Source: Tubulanus polymorphus (lineage: Eukaryota > Animalia > Nemertea). From it: 64,000 nucleotides of DNA. The notes beneath the pieces were generated by a model that saw nothing but the letters and a program-made list of their open reading frames with translations, had not been told where the DNA came from and did no database searches. Shown here piece after piece: positions 51,501 through 64,000 of this stretch. Every line of letters begins with the position of its first letter. Within the stretch, counting starts at the first letter, position 1. The translations under genes were made by a program, and so were the position numbers. The DNA is taken from NCBI RefSeq assembly GCF_964204645.1, contig NC_134031.1, forward strand, positions 17,925,910 to 17,989,909, written 5' to 3'.

Positions 51501-54500
51501 TATCCCATATGTAGAAGTTATCCCAGACATTACAGATAAAGATATTGACAATGAACCGAAAGAAACGATGGAAATAGATGAACGGTCAACTGATGATGAA
51601 TCCATTGACGTCGTGGAAGAAGCGCAATTGATAGCCGATGAAAGGTTTATATATGATGATATACATAACGAGATATACGATAATCAGAATATTAAGAATG
51701 ATATAAGCCACTATGATAAAGAGCTATGGCGAAAGGAGATATATGATGCTCAGAATATTCAGAGTGATATAAGCCATTATTATGAAGAGTTATTGCGAGA
51801 TGCTAGGGCGCTAGCGAATACTTTTTGGCCAGCGAAAGATTTACTAAAAGAGCTCAATACGTTAGGATTACGGATCAAGGAGCAAAAACTGATAAATGCT
51901 GTCAATGATGGAAGCCCAAGGATGAACATGAACATTTGGTCTTTGAATATGGATGAACGTCTATCATTGTATTTGTCATGGTATAAGGCAACACGATCCA
52001 TCTGGCAAACCAAATTGGACTCGCTCGAGGTTATGGGTCTGTCGTTGCAAGACGAAAGGGAAAAAGCATATTCAGCTATGGACGAGTCTATTCTACAAAA
52101 TGCACATATCATTGCTATGACGACAACTGGTGCATCAAAATTCAGTCATCTGATAGAAGCAGTTTGTCCAAAGATCGTCATCGTAGAGGAAAGTGCTGAA
52201 GTGTTGGAAGCGCACATCGTCACGTCACTAACAGTCGGTTGTGAACACCTAATACTAATTGGTGACCATAAACAACTGCGACCAAAACCAACAGATTTCG
52301 AATTAGCTCGCGATTATAACCTCGATATATCGTTCTTCGAGAGGCTTCAGAAGAATGGCCAACCTATTAAAACTCTTCAATTACAGCATAGAATGCGTCC
52401 TGAAATCTCTCGTTTACTAGTACCACATATATATGAATCACTGATCGATCACGATTCTGTGAAAGATTTCGATGATATAAAAGGTTTTGACACAAATATG
52501 TTCTTCTTGAACCACAGTGAAAGTGAAAAAGCCGAAGTCGAAGGACGTAGTCATAGTAACGTTTTCGAAGCAGAAATGGTAAAAGCCTTGAGCAAATATA
52601 TTCTAATGCAGGGTTATCGACCAGACCAGATAACCATTCTAACGCCATACGTTGGTCAGATGTTTGCCTTAAAGAACATTTTGCCACCAAGGGAATTTGA
52701 AGGTATTCGAATTACTCCCATCGACAACTTCCAAGGCGAAGAAAATGATATCATAATTTTCAGTTTTGTGCGAAGCAACAAAATGGAGAATATAGGATTT
52801 CTGAATACGCAGAACAGAATATGTGTTGCATTAAGTAGAGCTAAAAAGGGCTTCTATTGCTTGGGAAACTTTAGACTCTACGCAAAGAAATGTCGAGTTT
52901 GGAGAGATATTCTTGCGGATCTCGAAGCAGCTGGAAAGATTGGAAGTCATTTGACGTTAATTTGTCAAAATCACCCAAATACAAAAACACGTGTGACGAC
53001 ACCAGAGGATTTTGATAAATGTCCATTTGGCGGCTGCCAAGAACGCTGTTCTACGATGACATGTGGCCATAAATGTCCATTTATTTGCCATATAGGCGAT
53101 CATGTGGACGAGTTTCGATGTAGAGAAAAATGTCTACGTAGTTGTGAAGCTGGCCATACTTGTAAAAAACTGTGTTTTGAAGAATGCTCTCCATGCCCAG
53201 AAGATTGCACTAAAGAAATAGAATGTGGCCATATATGTCAACGAAGATGTGGAGATGTTTGCACAACCCGCTGTATGATGGTATGTTCCAAAAGTCTACC
53301 TTGTTCCCATCAGTGTAAGGAGTTGTGCTATAAGCCTTGTAAATGTTCTGAGCCATGCGAGAAGGATTTAAAATGTGGTCATAGATGTGACAGACATTGC
53401 AGTGCTCCTTGTACGCCGCGTTGTACACGTCCATGTTTAAAGAGTCTACCATGCTCTCACCAGTGTAAGAAGTTGTGCTATGAGCCGTGTGAATGCTTTG
53501 AACCATGCGAGAAGCATTTAGAATGTGGTCATAGATGTGACAGACATTGCAGTGCTCCTTGTACGCCTCGTTGTACACGTCCATGTTTAAAGAGTCTACC
53601 TTGTTCTCACCAGTGTAAGAAGTTGTGCTATGAGCCGTGTGAATGTTTTGAACCATGTGAGAAGGATTTAGAATGCGGTCATGAATGTCGTAATCGTTGC
53701 AGTGTTCCTTGCACGACTCAATGCCGGATGCCATGTTCCAAGACTTTACTATGTGGACATCAGTGTACGAAATCGTGTTACGCTGCATGTGGCGAATGCT
53801 TGAAAGTCATTACAGTTGAACTAGAATGTAGCCATACTTTGGAAAAGGTTTGCCACAAAGAAGCAACACAGGCTGATTGTGAGGCGTTTATAAAAACAAC
53901 ATTGTCTTGTTCTCATGAGATGCGTGTAAAATGTTGCCAATTGCTCGATAAGGCATCTATCAAGTGCGATGAAATTGTTCCAAAAGCATTACCTTGCGAT
54001 CATCAAATGCAGGGGAAATGTGGTGAATCAACTGAACGCATAGATTGTCAAGTGAAAGTGAAATACGAATTGCAGTGCCGTCATGACAAATATATAGAAT
54101 GTTGGCGTTATACGAAATATGAAAATCAAACTAATGACCTTCATGGAGCCGACTTATACTGCAGTGTGATTTGTAAAAGAAAACTATTATGTGGCCATGA
54201 AATTATGGCTGAATGTTCACAAGATTTAACGAAACAATCACATTGCGAAAGAACGTGCGAGGCCAGTTGTTGGCACACAAGATGCCGGAAAAAGTGCAAT
54301 GAGCGATGCTGGGTTTGTCGTCGTCCTTGCGGTTGGGAATGCAGTCATCAAAGATGCTCTAAAGCCTGCTTTGAAGTATGCGACAGGAAGCCCTGCGACG
54401 AACCGTGTAATCAGAAGACTATATGCGGACATGACTGTATGGGTTACTGCGGTGAACCTTGTCCGTTGATGTGCGACAAATGCGGAACAGCAGCTGACCC

Positions 54501-55209
54501 ACCCAGTGAAAGAGATCGCTACGTGTCACTGTATCCTTGTGGTCACAGTTTCCTCAGGTCAGTCATTGACCAGCATATGAAAATCAAGCATCGAGGTGGA
54601 ATGAAAGTTGTGAATGTCCGTTGCTGTCCGTTTTCCAAATGCAGGAAACCTATTCTGTTTTGTCCGCGATATAGTCATGTAATCAAGGATTATTTCCATG
54701 CAAAATACTTCCTCCTTGGGAATGTACTCGACGGTGATTGGTTATGCTGCAAAAAATGTGGTAAGACATATTGAACAGTGCTTATTAATAATAACTATAC
54801 CATCTAGGTGAGGTTTCTACCATAGCAGTCGTGACCATGATTCTTTCATCTTTATTTCTGATGCATCGGCACGTCGTTGGGTCCATCGACATTTCATAGA
54901 AAATTGTTCATGTTTTACAGGTTTTTACATGGTTTCCGATCTTCAAGATCCTAAATGCGACCGTTGCGAGGGAGGATCACGCAGAAAGCAACCAAGACCG
55001 CTGAAGATTAGTAAGTAGACATGATAAGATTATTATATATCTTATAATAATTCTATCTCTATATATATATAATATAATTTCTTTCAGCACGCAACGAAAA
55101 TCCACCCCGTGGCCGTGGACGTGGACGTGGCCGTGGACGTGGCCGTGGACGTGGCCGTGGACGTGGCCGGGGATACGGGGGATACGCGAGGAACCCATTT
55201 CTCCGCTAG
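48523..55209 (+). CDS. ZNFX1: ZNFX1-family SF1 (UPF1-like) helicase with NF-X1 zinc fingers, N-terminal RRM and C-terminal RG tail (exons 48523-48634, 48743-48853, 48939-48981, 49247-49346, 49455-54760, 54921-55010, 55088-55209)
   Basis: QFQLLREDF, KRFIYGSLVCLSAD, YFEAYRHNL, QGPPGTGKT, VVCYTNHALDQF, IVEESAEV, LIGDHKQLRP, QHRMRPEI, DNFQGEENDII, RICVALSRAK and many L.CGH.C fingers. All six junctions are GT-AG and phase-consistent; the exon 4 acceptor is the least certain. Confidence 0.92.
53190..53800 (+). repeat. Coding tandem repeat, 132-bp (44-aa, two-finger) unit x~4.5
   Basis: PCEKDLECGHRCDRHCSAPCTPRCTRPCLKSLPCSHQCKKLCYEPCEC repeated; the central copies are nearly identical at DNA level. 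Confidence 0.9.
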
Positions 55210-55388
55210 TCGCTAGTACATAGATACATGTTGATGAATTTGTGAACATCTTTAAGTAGATACAATGCAATTTTGCTCGTTCGAGTGATGCTATTAACTT
55301 ATCTATCTAATTTTTAAATCAGTAATTCCATATGAGGCTGAATGTTGCCAAATTGATAATCGTGTTTTGCTTTACGGCTGGTTGCTAA

Positions 55389-55448
55389 AGGCCCGAACAC
55401 ACTATGCGATTTTATTCGCACCAGCGTTTCCATAGTGTGTTCGGGCCG
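55389..55448. mobile_element. Tiny Harbinger-like hairpin MITE
   Basis: GGCCCGAACACACTATG ... CATAGTGTGTTCGGGCC with TAA/TTA flanks. Confidence 0.7.
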
Positions 55449-56256
55449 TTAGGAAATAATACAAGGAAAAAAGCCAGCTTTGTACACCTGTACTTTGAAA
55501 ATGTAATACAGTAAAACTTGCGATCGTTTTGGACAAAGAAAAATCTTACGACTTTGAATAAGTTAAATTTCCACCCTTTTTGCCGAAAACTACCACTTGA
55601 GAATTAATTTCTTGAACATCTACAAGGAATGATTTAAAAACCTGAAATATTTCGGGTTTATTTTTCTATTCTCAAACATTAACCACAACTAAACTGTCAT
55701 TTTTCATGTTAGTTTTTTCTTGACGTCGTAACAACCTGTATAATAATGTTCATATACGTAGATGACTTCTATGCACTAAAGGGTTCTGTCTGGAGTTGAT
55801 GTGCACTACGTCATCAATATCATTGGCGTCTCAAATTAACAATAATAATTGTGAATTTCGGCATTTTGTTTATTTCAAGTTTTATTACCTTGTCTACATC
55901 CTCAGTATATATTGATTGGTAGCTGGTTAATTCAATTCAATCGTTGATACATAGATGTATATTCAAATTCAAAATAACTTGATTGATGTTTGATATCATA
56001 TTATTATATGAAATAATTATGACATCAAGCAATATTATGTGTGTTAGTAGTATTTAGAGGTTTTAGTAGTTCCCTTCGCAGACTTCAGTTGGTAGGCATG
56101 GAAACATATTGTTAAACTTTCAAATCATGGAGTCTATTTTCTCTCATGGACCCCTTTCAATAAAGACTTTTTGGATATCCTTCAATACAGTTTCAAATGG
56201 ATTAAAAAACGATGTTTAAGGTCGACTGCCAGTCCTTTCTGGTCCTACTAAGACCT

Positions 56257-56319
56257 TACTACCAAAAATGAGCGAGCTAGGCCACCCGGAATGCTCTCCA
56301 GGTTGAAATAGACATTAGT
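56257..56319 (+). repeat. 42-bp direct repeat, right copy, plus the empty MITE site
   Basis: TACTACCAAAAATGAGCGAGCTAGGCCACCCGGAATGCTCTC followed by CAGGTTGAAATAGACATTAGT. Confidence 0.9.
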
Positions 56320-59300
56320 AATGTTAATTCCTTGATTGTATTCTCCATATAGTTGCGACGATTGAGATCGATAGGCAACCGTGTTAGAACAAGTTAACGA
56401 CAGCTGTTTGGTGTAATGACCACTCTACCCCAGTTTATGTAGAATACTATGCCTTAATGAATTCATTTCCGAAAAACGCCTCAAATTAAATTCGTACAGA
56501 TTTCACCCTTGGACTGAATAGAATACTACTCGCATTATAAGATAACAATAACCAGTGGTGATTGTTTCAAGTAGTTTGCTAAACATCTCGCACAAACCTA
56601 TAAATGACGCACGGGTCGACCAGTTACGATACATCAAAAAACGTGTTTTCCTTAAAAACATTGTCAATTTGGAATTTAATATTTGTATCCAGATATTTCA
56701 GATATATATCGCAGTGTACAAGCAGGAAAAAAAATTGTCTATATGCGACTAATTTTTGCTTTTGTGTTAGAATTAGTTGCTATATCCGGGAATAAAATGT
56801 AAATGAAAATGCAAGCTGTGTCCTGATATGTATTCATAATGCAGCTATACGTATTTAGAAATTTCATATAGAATAGTGGCTGGCTGGAGTCTTCAATCGA
56901 TCGCGACGTCAATTACAAATGCATATTGATTTACATTAAAGGTGAGATAATTCTATCTAACAAACACCGTATACGCATACAAAATACCGAGCATAAAATC
57001 ATAAAAGCTTGGTAGCATTTTTTACTCGTATAACATCATATTATGCACTAGTCGATCGCCGCAGCTTCGGCATCGAAGAAATTTTGTCGCAGAAATCGTA
57101 GAGTACCGTGTATACATACAGCCATCAAGACACTCGTATACACATGTTCATGACCGACATTTTAATTTTATGATCGTACCAGATGGTCTAAGTTGGCTAG
57201 CTTGACAAATAGAACGCACACCTGAAAAGCAACACGAGTATTCCTGAAAAAAGTACCACAGGGAAATCAACTACAAAGTAGGCCCTACTACTAAATCAAT
57301 ACAATGCAAACTTTACAATATAGATTTAATGTTCAGTTGATTTACTGTACGTAGATCCAGTATTACAACTGGATGCAGTTGTCTTGGTCTATGTTTTTGA
57401 CACCGTAAAAGCCGTTACGATAATGTTTATTACAAAACTATTATTTGTTGTACATATAAGGGGTTCTGTGTGACTCGATGCGCACAACGTCATCAATATT
57501 GACAGTTCAAAATAACAATTACTATTGTGAATTTGTCTTTTATTATTATGTGATCAAATATATTTCGTGACTCATACTTTTTGATAAATTTTTATATCTT
57601 TTTGATAATGAATTTTAAGTGTATGCCATCAATATGCCATCAATATTTGGCTAGCCTGGTTATATTGGTTTCTGGTCAATACAATTTTCAAATTCAAAAT
57701 CACTTTATTGATCCTTAATAACAGATTACATTATCCATTGCTGATGATATTAGGCAATATGTGTCACCTTTCTTCAATAAACTTTCAAAATAGTTTTCGA
57801 GTTAAATAAGCAATTAAAAAGGAAATCGACCAATCACGCTAGAGCTAATCCGAAATTAGCCAACCTACGACACGCGTATTGCAATTGTCTTTGAAAAGAC
57901 CACTTCGCGAATTAAGAATCGTTATCAATTAACAACATACATAAATCATCATTAAACTCACGAAAATATGTCCGTTTATTTGTATAAAGGTTATTTATTC
58001 GTGCCATAGGTTGACTGGGCTTGACATGGTAAATAACATTGATCCATATAATATATTAATCTAATCGTAATTCACTGGAATTGAAATTTAGCTGTCTGGA
58101 ATTGATTGAAAATCGTCCGCAGAACCAGAAAAAGTATATTTCAAAGACTGATTAATTATTGTAGTTTGGTCAAATAAAATGTTTGGTATTACGATGTGTA
58201 TAGTATATTTACAAGGGATGGATCTATGTTTACTGAAACAAGTTAACCAAAATCATGACAGAGACTCAACTGTCTAAAATGGAAGCAGAGACTCACGAAA
58301 GACTAGCGTTTAGGAATTTTTGTGGGATATATTGCATTTCAGAAAGTAGGCTGGTTGGGATATATAATATAAAGTATTGTTTCCTTTCCGTGGAAAATTA
58401 GTCATTATACTTTCCCTACATAGTATCTATATCAGTCAGCTGATTTCATGAATAACCTCTTTTTTTTCTATTGATAAAACGAGCAAACATCGTTTATTTG
58501 ACGAGCTTTTACTTGCGATAATTAAATCTAGAACTCATTTTCTGGCAATGTAATAAATTCGCCCTTTTTTACGTCGCCTATTTCCTGCCATTGTCGTTAA
58601 GCACGATCCCCAAACACCGGCAAATATACGTGTATAGTCGATTTATATTCACATTTAGATTTTTCTCTGGCTATGACCAATTGACTTTGCTAATCAACTT
58701 ATACTTCGTAATATATGGCGATCGCTGCAGTATCGGACAAAGCCTTCGTAGAAAATTTAGCTTAAAAGCTAATGAATTGAATTCAAATTTGCAAAATTCC
58801 AATAATCGACATATTATCATGAGAAGTCGGAAAACTAGGCCCACTGCGTCGCTGATTTCAACGTTGCATGCTAACGAAACTACAATCAAATTTTTTCAGT
58901 ATTGTATTGTACTTCGTATTTACTTTCCGGGACCTTGGGTATTTAAAACAATGTGTATTTTAGAATTTGCGCAAGATAGCGTAACATAGAACAACGTGCT
59001 GTCAATATTATTTTTCGATTTATGAATGATAAAGGTTGAAGCCTTGAAATATTTAAAAACTTATAGCATGAATTTTGTTCTCTTTGAGCATACCCTTCCG
59101 AACGTCACATCACTGACTCCTGGATAATCTTTCGATTGAAAAATGATATTTTCTCTATATTCGATCTGTTTGTGTTTTATACGTTACGAAGCTTTTTCTC
59201 GGTGCAAATTTTACGACTGTGTACACCGCCCCCACTTTTAATCGGGTTTATCACTATCATAGAACGCCCAAAAACCAACTGATGACGAACAGTGTTTGAA

Positions 59301-61856
59301 AAAAAGATATGTGTGGTGGTTTAACCGACGCGTTTTAATTGCCCCTGAAGACTGATAACAGGGTCAGGTGACTTGACGCGTTTGGATATAAATCCAGATT
59401 ACCTCAGGTCCCCACTCGCAGTTTGTTGGAGAACAGCGAATAGAATATACGATCGACAATAGGTGCTTCTGCTGAAATTCCGAGCTCTCAAGGTGAAATA
59501 CTTTTTATCTATTTCATTTCAAACATTATCTATATATTATTGGGCATGTAAATTTGAGGTATTTTGAAGGTACATTTGGGAAGTAAGAACGAGTTTGCTT
59601 TTAAGCAAATTAGTGAGTTATTACCAATCAATTCTAAAGCATTTCGTCTTGATTCTCCGAAAATGTGTCCGTTTTTCAGTTTTGTATTTCATTTACTATA
59701 ATTCTATTCCACCTCCGCTTCAAGACGTTTTTGTGGGTTGAGACTTTTCAACTCGATTGCACTTGAAAAATCTTAACGACAGAACTTTATTCGGTCAGAA
59801 ATCATATACGACAAGGGAAATCTGTGTTAATTCATTTATTGCACTAATTTATATTTCGGTATAGTTCATAGAATTATCTTATCCTCGATCGTCGGATATG
59901 AATCGATATAACGTTGAACACTGACTGTCGTTACTTTTCGATTTGAGTATCGTATGGGGATGAGCTTGAATTCACCGCAATGGTAGAAAGCGTTTGTAAA
60001 TTTACTCTTTGACACCCAAACCACGGGCCTCGAGTGCAAAGCAAACTCGTCAGAAGTTTTTTTCGCTCACTTTTCGTAACCTATAAAAATAAAACTTCCT
60101 TCGTCGCGATCGTTTACTTGACCCCGATGAGAAAACAGCCTCCGCCCAAATGAATCGTGTCTATGCCCTTATGCCCTTGAAACATTTCAATCAACTTCAA
60201 ATTGTTTTCATGGTAATTTCTACCTATTTCTGCACTGTTTACTGTACTTTAATGACCATAATACCCTGAAGAGTCTTATCTTCAATATCTCTGCTGTCAA
60301 CCTGGATAATTATGCAGTAATATACTTCTATAATGACATAAGCACTAGGGAACTGTAACGCATTCTACTGGTCACACCTGTGCTCACAAATTACAACATT
60401 TTTCTTCAATTTTAATTCGTTGTTTCATTAGTGATTTTAACTCAATGCATCGACATTAATTCCTTCATTTTCAGATATGAATGGGCTTTTTGTACTACTT
60501 TGAATACATGCAAATGAATTAATTAACATTTGCATCCATATTTCCATTCATCTACAACGTTAAAAATCTAACGGCTAAAAAAAACTTTTCCATAATGCGA
60601 CAGAGTTTGTTATCATTGTACATAATCTAAATCAGATTTCGACCGAAGATGTGTAGCTCTTTTGGATTCAGGTTAAAGAATATCTGTCATTAGAACTCGC
60701 TTTAACGTCCCTGGTGCGCCCGTAAATGTCACCGAAAGGTCACAGAGACTTTAACAAAGTTATGACGCGTCACTCGCATGCTATGTACAGCATCTGGGCA
60801 GAATTATTGATGCGTTTCGCCATTGACGACGACATCGACAGTAGTTAGGCGTACACTCGGCTGTGCTGTCGTTGTGTATCTTCGCGCGTCTTTTGTTCCC
60901 AACTGCAAATTCTCGTCCTGCACAAATTTTACAAATTCTCGGATAATTTTCGGATTATCGATAGTGTAATATTTTCTACCTCAGTTTTAATACCGTTTTT
61001 GCTATTCCTGTCGCTTTAAATCAGGTAAGATATTACTATATATTCGTGTTGCGTATTTCATGAAAATATCATTTTCTATTCACAGTCTCTGTGATCTGTA
61101 ATATTTACGGGCACGCAGCGTTCGTCGATGGTTCTTTACAGTTGAAAGTAATTCTATCCAATTTCGTTGCAACCAACGAATTCTATAGTATTATTTCGGT
61201 TTGAATGCTTGTAACACTATAATGGGAACAAAAAACGGCAACATCAATCATGTAATTTTCTAATTTTCTAAATCATTTTAAAAACAAGCAGGTCGGATGA
61301 CTAATGATATTGAAAATGATTTATACAGTTTAATACAAATGTTTCTGTTTGGAGAGAATCCAAAATGAATGCAAATGAATAACAAACAGATACAGTCGGC
61401 ATTATAACTATACCCTGGACACAATACCCGCGAATGCATCCATGAATAATTCGATACATATATACATGCTGTGAGATGGACAGTGGTCAAGAATCGATTG
61501 TTCATCCTGATTTGACGTCGAGTTCAGTCGATTAAGGAGTGCTCTCATGGCCTACGATGGGCCTCGAATTTCACCCAGTCTATAGATTAGATTTCATGCG
61601 TCGTGATTTTTTCTCAGTGTTAGAACAATAAAACCGAAAAATGAAGCAAACAAAGTGTTTTGTCAACTTCCATGCTATTTATCTACTCACCTTCCTTTCT
61701 TTATACCTGATACACTCAAATATGGTGGAATCAGCAAATCAAATAATTTCTCCTCTCCTGTGTCTGCTGGATCCACTATTATTGAACTGCAATGATAATC
61801 AGTTTCCATAGAAACTCTTTCATAGCTTTCCCCGCACATTCTACATATTCTATTAC

Positions 61857-61867
61857 AACATATACAT

Positions 61868-61951
<84 letters not shown>
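61857..61951. repeat. (AT)n microsatellite with TACATA variants
   Basis: Direct inspection. Confidence 0.98.
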
Positions 61952-61954
<3 letters not shown>

Positions 61955-62679
61955 TGCAGAAATTTAGGAAATTTCAATTGAAAGATCAAATACGGATATA
62001 ATTAGAAACTAAATTGAACATTGGTCGTGTACCTGATAAACCGACAAGTATGCGTTTCAGATATATATTATTGCGTTGATTATTGATATAATTTATGTGT
62101 CTATAACATTTAATGCGTGATAAAGTCATTGTCCTATTATGTAATCATATATGTCGAGGAAAATTTTTTATGGTTGTAAGTTAGACTTTCGAAAAAAGGA
62201 TATAAAACATGCGAACGACCAGAATCTATAGGAAATTTCGAATCCATTCATTTCATCTATTGCATTTTCCCTCGTTATAGCTTGGACTCGTTTTATCCCG
62301 TTTATAGTTAGCTTATTACTGTAGCGATACTTCGATTATAGTTAGAAAAGTGATAATGTCATTGATAACGCTTCGGACGATGAGATCATTCGGGTAAATA
62401 AAGAGTCACCACATTATGAGAAACGTCAATTGAATATTCCCCACACATCTTTCAGAAGTGCGCGCGCAAATACCACCGGTATCTGTGGTCGAATCTTTGA
62501 TAAGAATTGAAAGTTTTAGGTCGGAACTTAATTCTAATTTCATTTTCGCTAAGGTTGTCGGTCTTAGTTCAACGAAACACTTTCTATAACATCTGAAAAC
62601 GCTTAAAAACATAAATGAATAATATTTGACATATAACACGGGATTGATGTCATCTATTACTTTTTCAGATTTAATCAAA

Positions 62680-63718
62680 ATGCCCGACAAAAAATTCATC
62701 GATGAGATGGTTAACGCCCATAACGAGTATCGTAAACGGCACCAGGTGGGCCCGATCAAACATAACAAAAAATTGTCGGATATCGCTCAGAAATGGGCGG
62801 ATCATTTGGCGTCGAAGAACACGTTAGGACACAGCGACTGTAAAATGTCGGATGGAACACGAATGGGGGAAAACATCGCGATGAAGGGTTCGTCAAATCC
62901 TACCTCTTATACCGGTGAGTTATCTTTGTCAATTTGATGCGATAAGTCGTTGTCAAATTATTTTCGACCAACATCGAGCCGTTGTATCTCATATTCACAT
63001 TTCTCAGGTCAAGATGCTACGGATCAATGGTACAGCGAAGTATCAATGTATGACTTCAAAGTCGGTGGATCAATGAATGCTGGTAATTTCTCGAGCTTTG
63101 GCCAATTTATTATTTCATTTTTCGAAAGAGAGTTAATCGTCACGTTTTCGTTCTCTTGTCGTTAGGGCATTTCTCACAGGTTGTGTGGAAATCGAGTACC
63201 GAAATCGGCGTCGGAAAAGCTACGTCGAAAGACGGCAAAAAGGTTTTCGTCGTGGCTAATTACCTCGAAGCTGGGAATATGATGGGCAAATACAAAGAAA
63301 ACGTTTTTCCAACGAAAGACGGAAAATTCGAGCTTCCAAAAAAGAAAGGTAAGTAGAAAGGAGCTTTCAGTAGATGCCGGTCAACACAGTTAAGGGGAAA
63401 AGCATAATTTCACCAAATCAAATCACTAAAGCGCTATGTAATATTCAAAAGTTGACCAAATCAGCTCAGTCTATCGATTCGATTGCAGAACCAGAACCGA
63501 TGAAGCTCGAAACAAAGAAATTCGGCGGTTTGAGCCTGGGCGACAAAGGTTCCGCGAAGGGAGACAGTAAAAGTTTCAGCAAAAGCGTCCAACGAGAAAC
63601 GATTACTCGCACCGGCCCAGACGGCAAACGTACCAAGGTCATTCGAGAAACGTACACGTACAGCGACGGTAGCAAGGAAACGATTGAACGCACAGAAACC
63701 TCCGATGTAAGGAAATAA
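62680..63718 (+). CDS. CAP/SCP-domain protein, GAPR-1/GLIPR2-like (exons 62680-62914, 63008-63082, 63166-63348, 63489-63718)
   Basis: AHNEYRKRHQV, AQKWADHL, GENIA, WYSEV..YDF, GHFSQVVWKSSTEIGVG, FVVANY..AGN; no signal peptide; phases consistent. Confidence 0.9.
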
Positions 63719-64000
63719 TCATTGTCGTGTGTGTTACCTGGACTGGTTCCCGATTTTACAGAACCGCGGATACCAGTCTATTTGTCGTCTGTTTCGTATT
63801 GTTGTCCTTTGGTGGCTGTTTTCGATTCCAAGCGTATTTAGTGCTTTGACAATTCAAAAAGACCTGCTTTTACTCTTTTACTCTTTATAAATAGCGCACA
63901 CGATGTTTTCAAACTTCGATGGTGGCGGAAATATCAAATATAATCTATACCCAAAGCAAGACAACCGTCCTAGAATCGGAAAAACAAATTACTGAATTTA

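Noticed and set aside
54977-55270. Minus-strand HVHG-repeat ORF
   Set aside because: Antisense shadow of the RG-repeat exon.

Overview
AT-rich invertebrate metazoan genomic DNA with short GT-AG introns; no prokaryotic features. 1-30 kb is gene-dense. It holds a 5'-partial divergent ionotropic glutamate receptor (+), the N-terminal half of mitochondrial RNA polymerase POLRMT (-) head-to-head with NUP188 (+), a kisspeptin/galanin/allatostatin-A-type GPCR (-) and TRAIP (-). Their introns carry piggyBac-, Harbinger-, hAT- and Tc1/mariner-type MITEs. POLRMT's catalytic exons are absent where expected, so the receptor gene is probably nested in a POLRMT intron. 30.8-56.3 kb is a repeat-rich block bracketed by a 42-bp direct repeat. 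It contains a LINE-derived inverted repeat whose arm differences are strongly biased to G.U-compatible changes on the + strand (candidate hairpin-RNA/endo-siRNA locus), an array of conserved modules alternating with partly self-complementary spacers, an RRM pseudogene, and a ZNFX1-family helicase. When spliced, that helicase gains an N-terminal RRM and a C-terminal (RG)11 tail that the ORF track does not show. A GLIPR2/GAPR-1-like CAP gene ends the window. All gene models and alignments were made by hand from recalled family motifs; none were database-checked.
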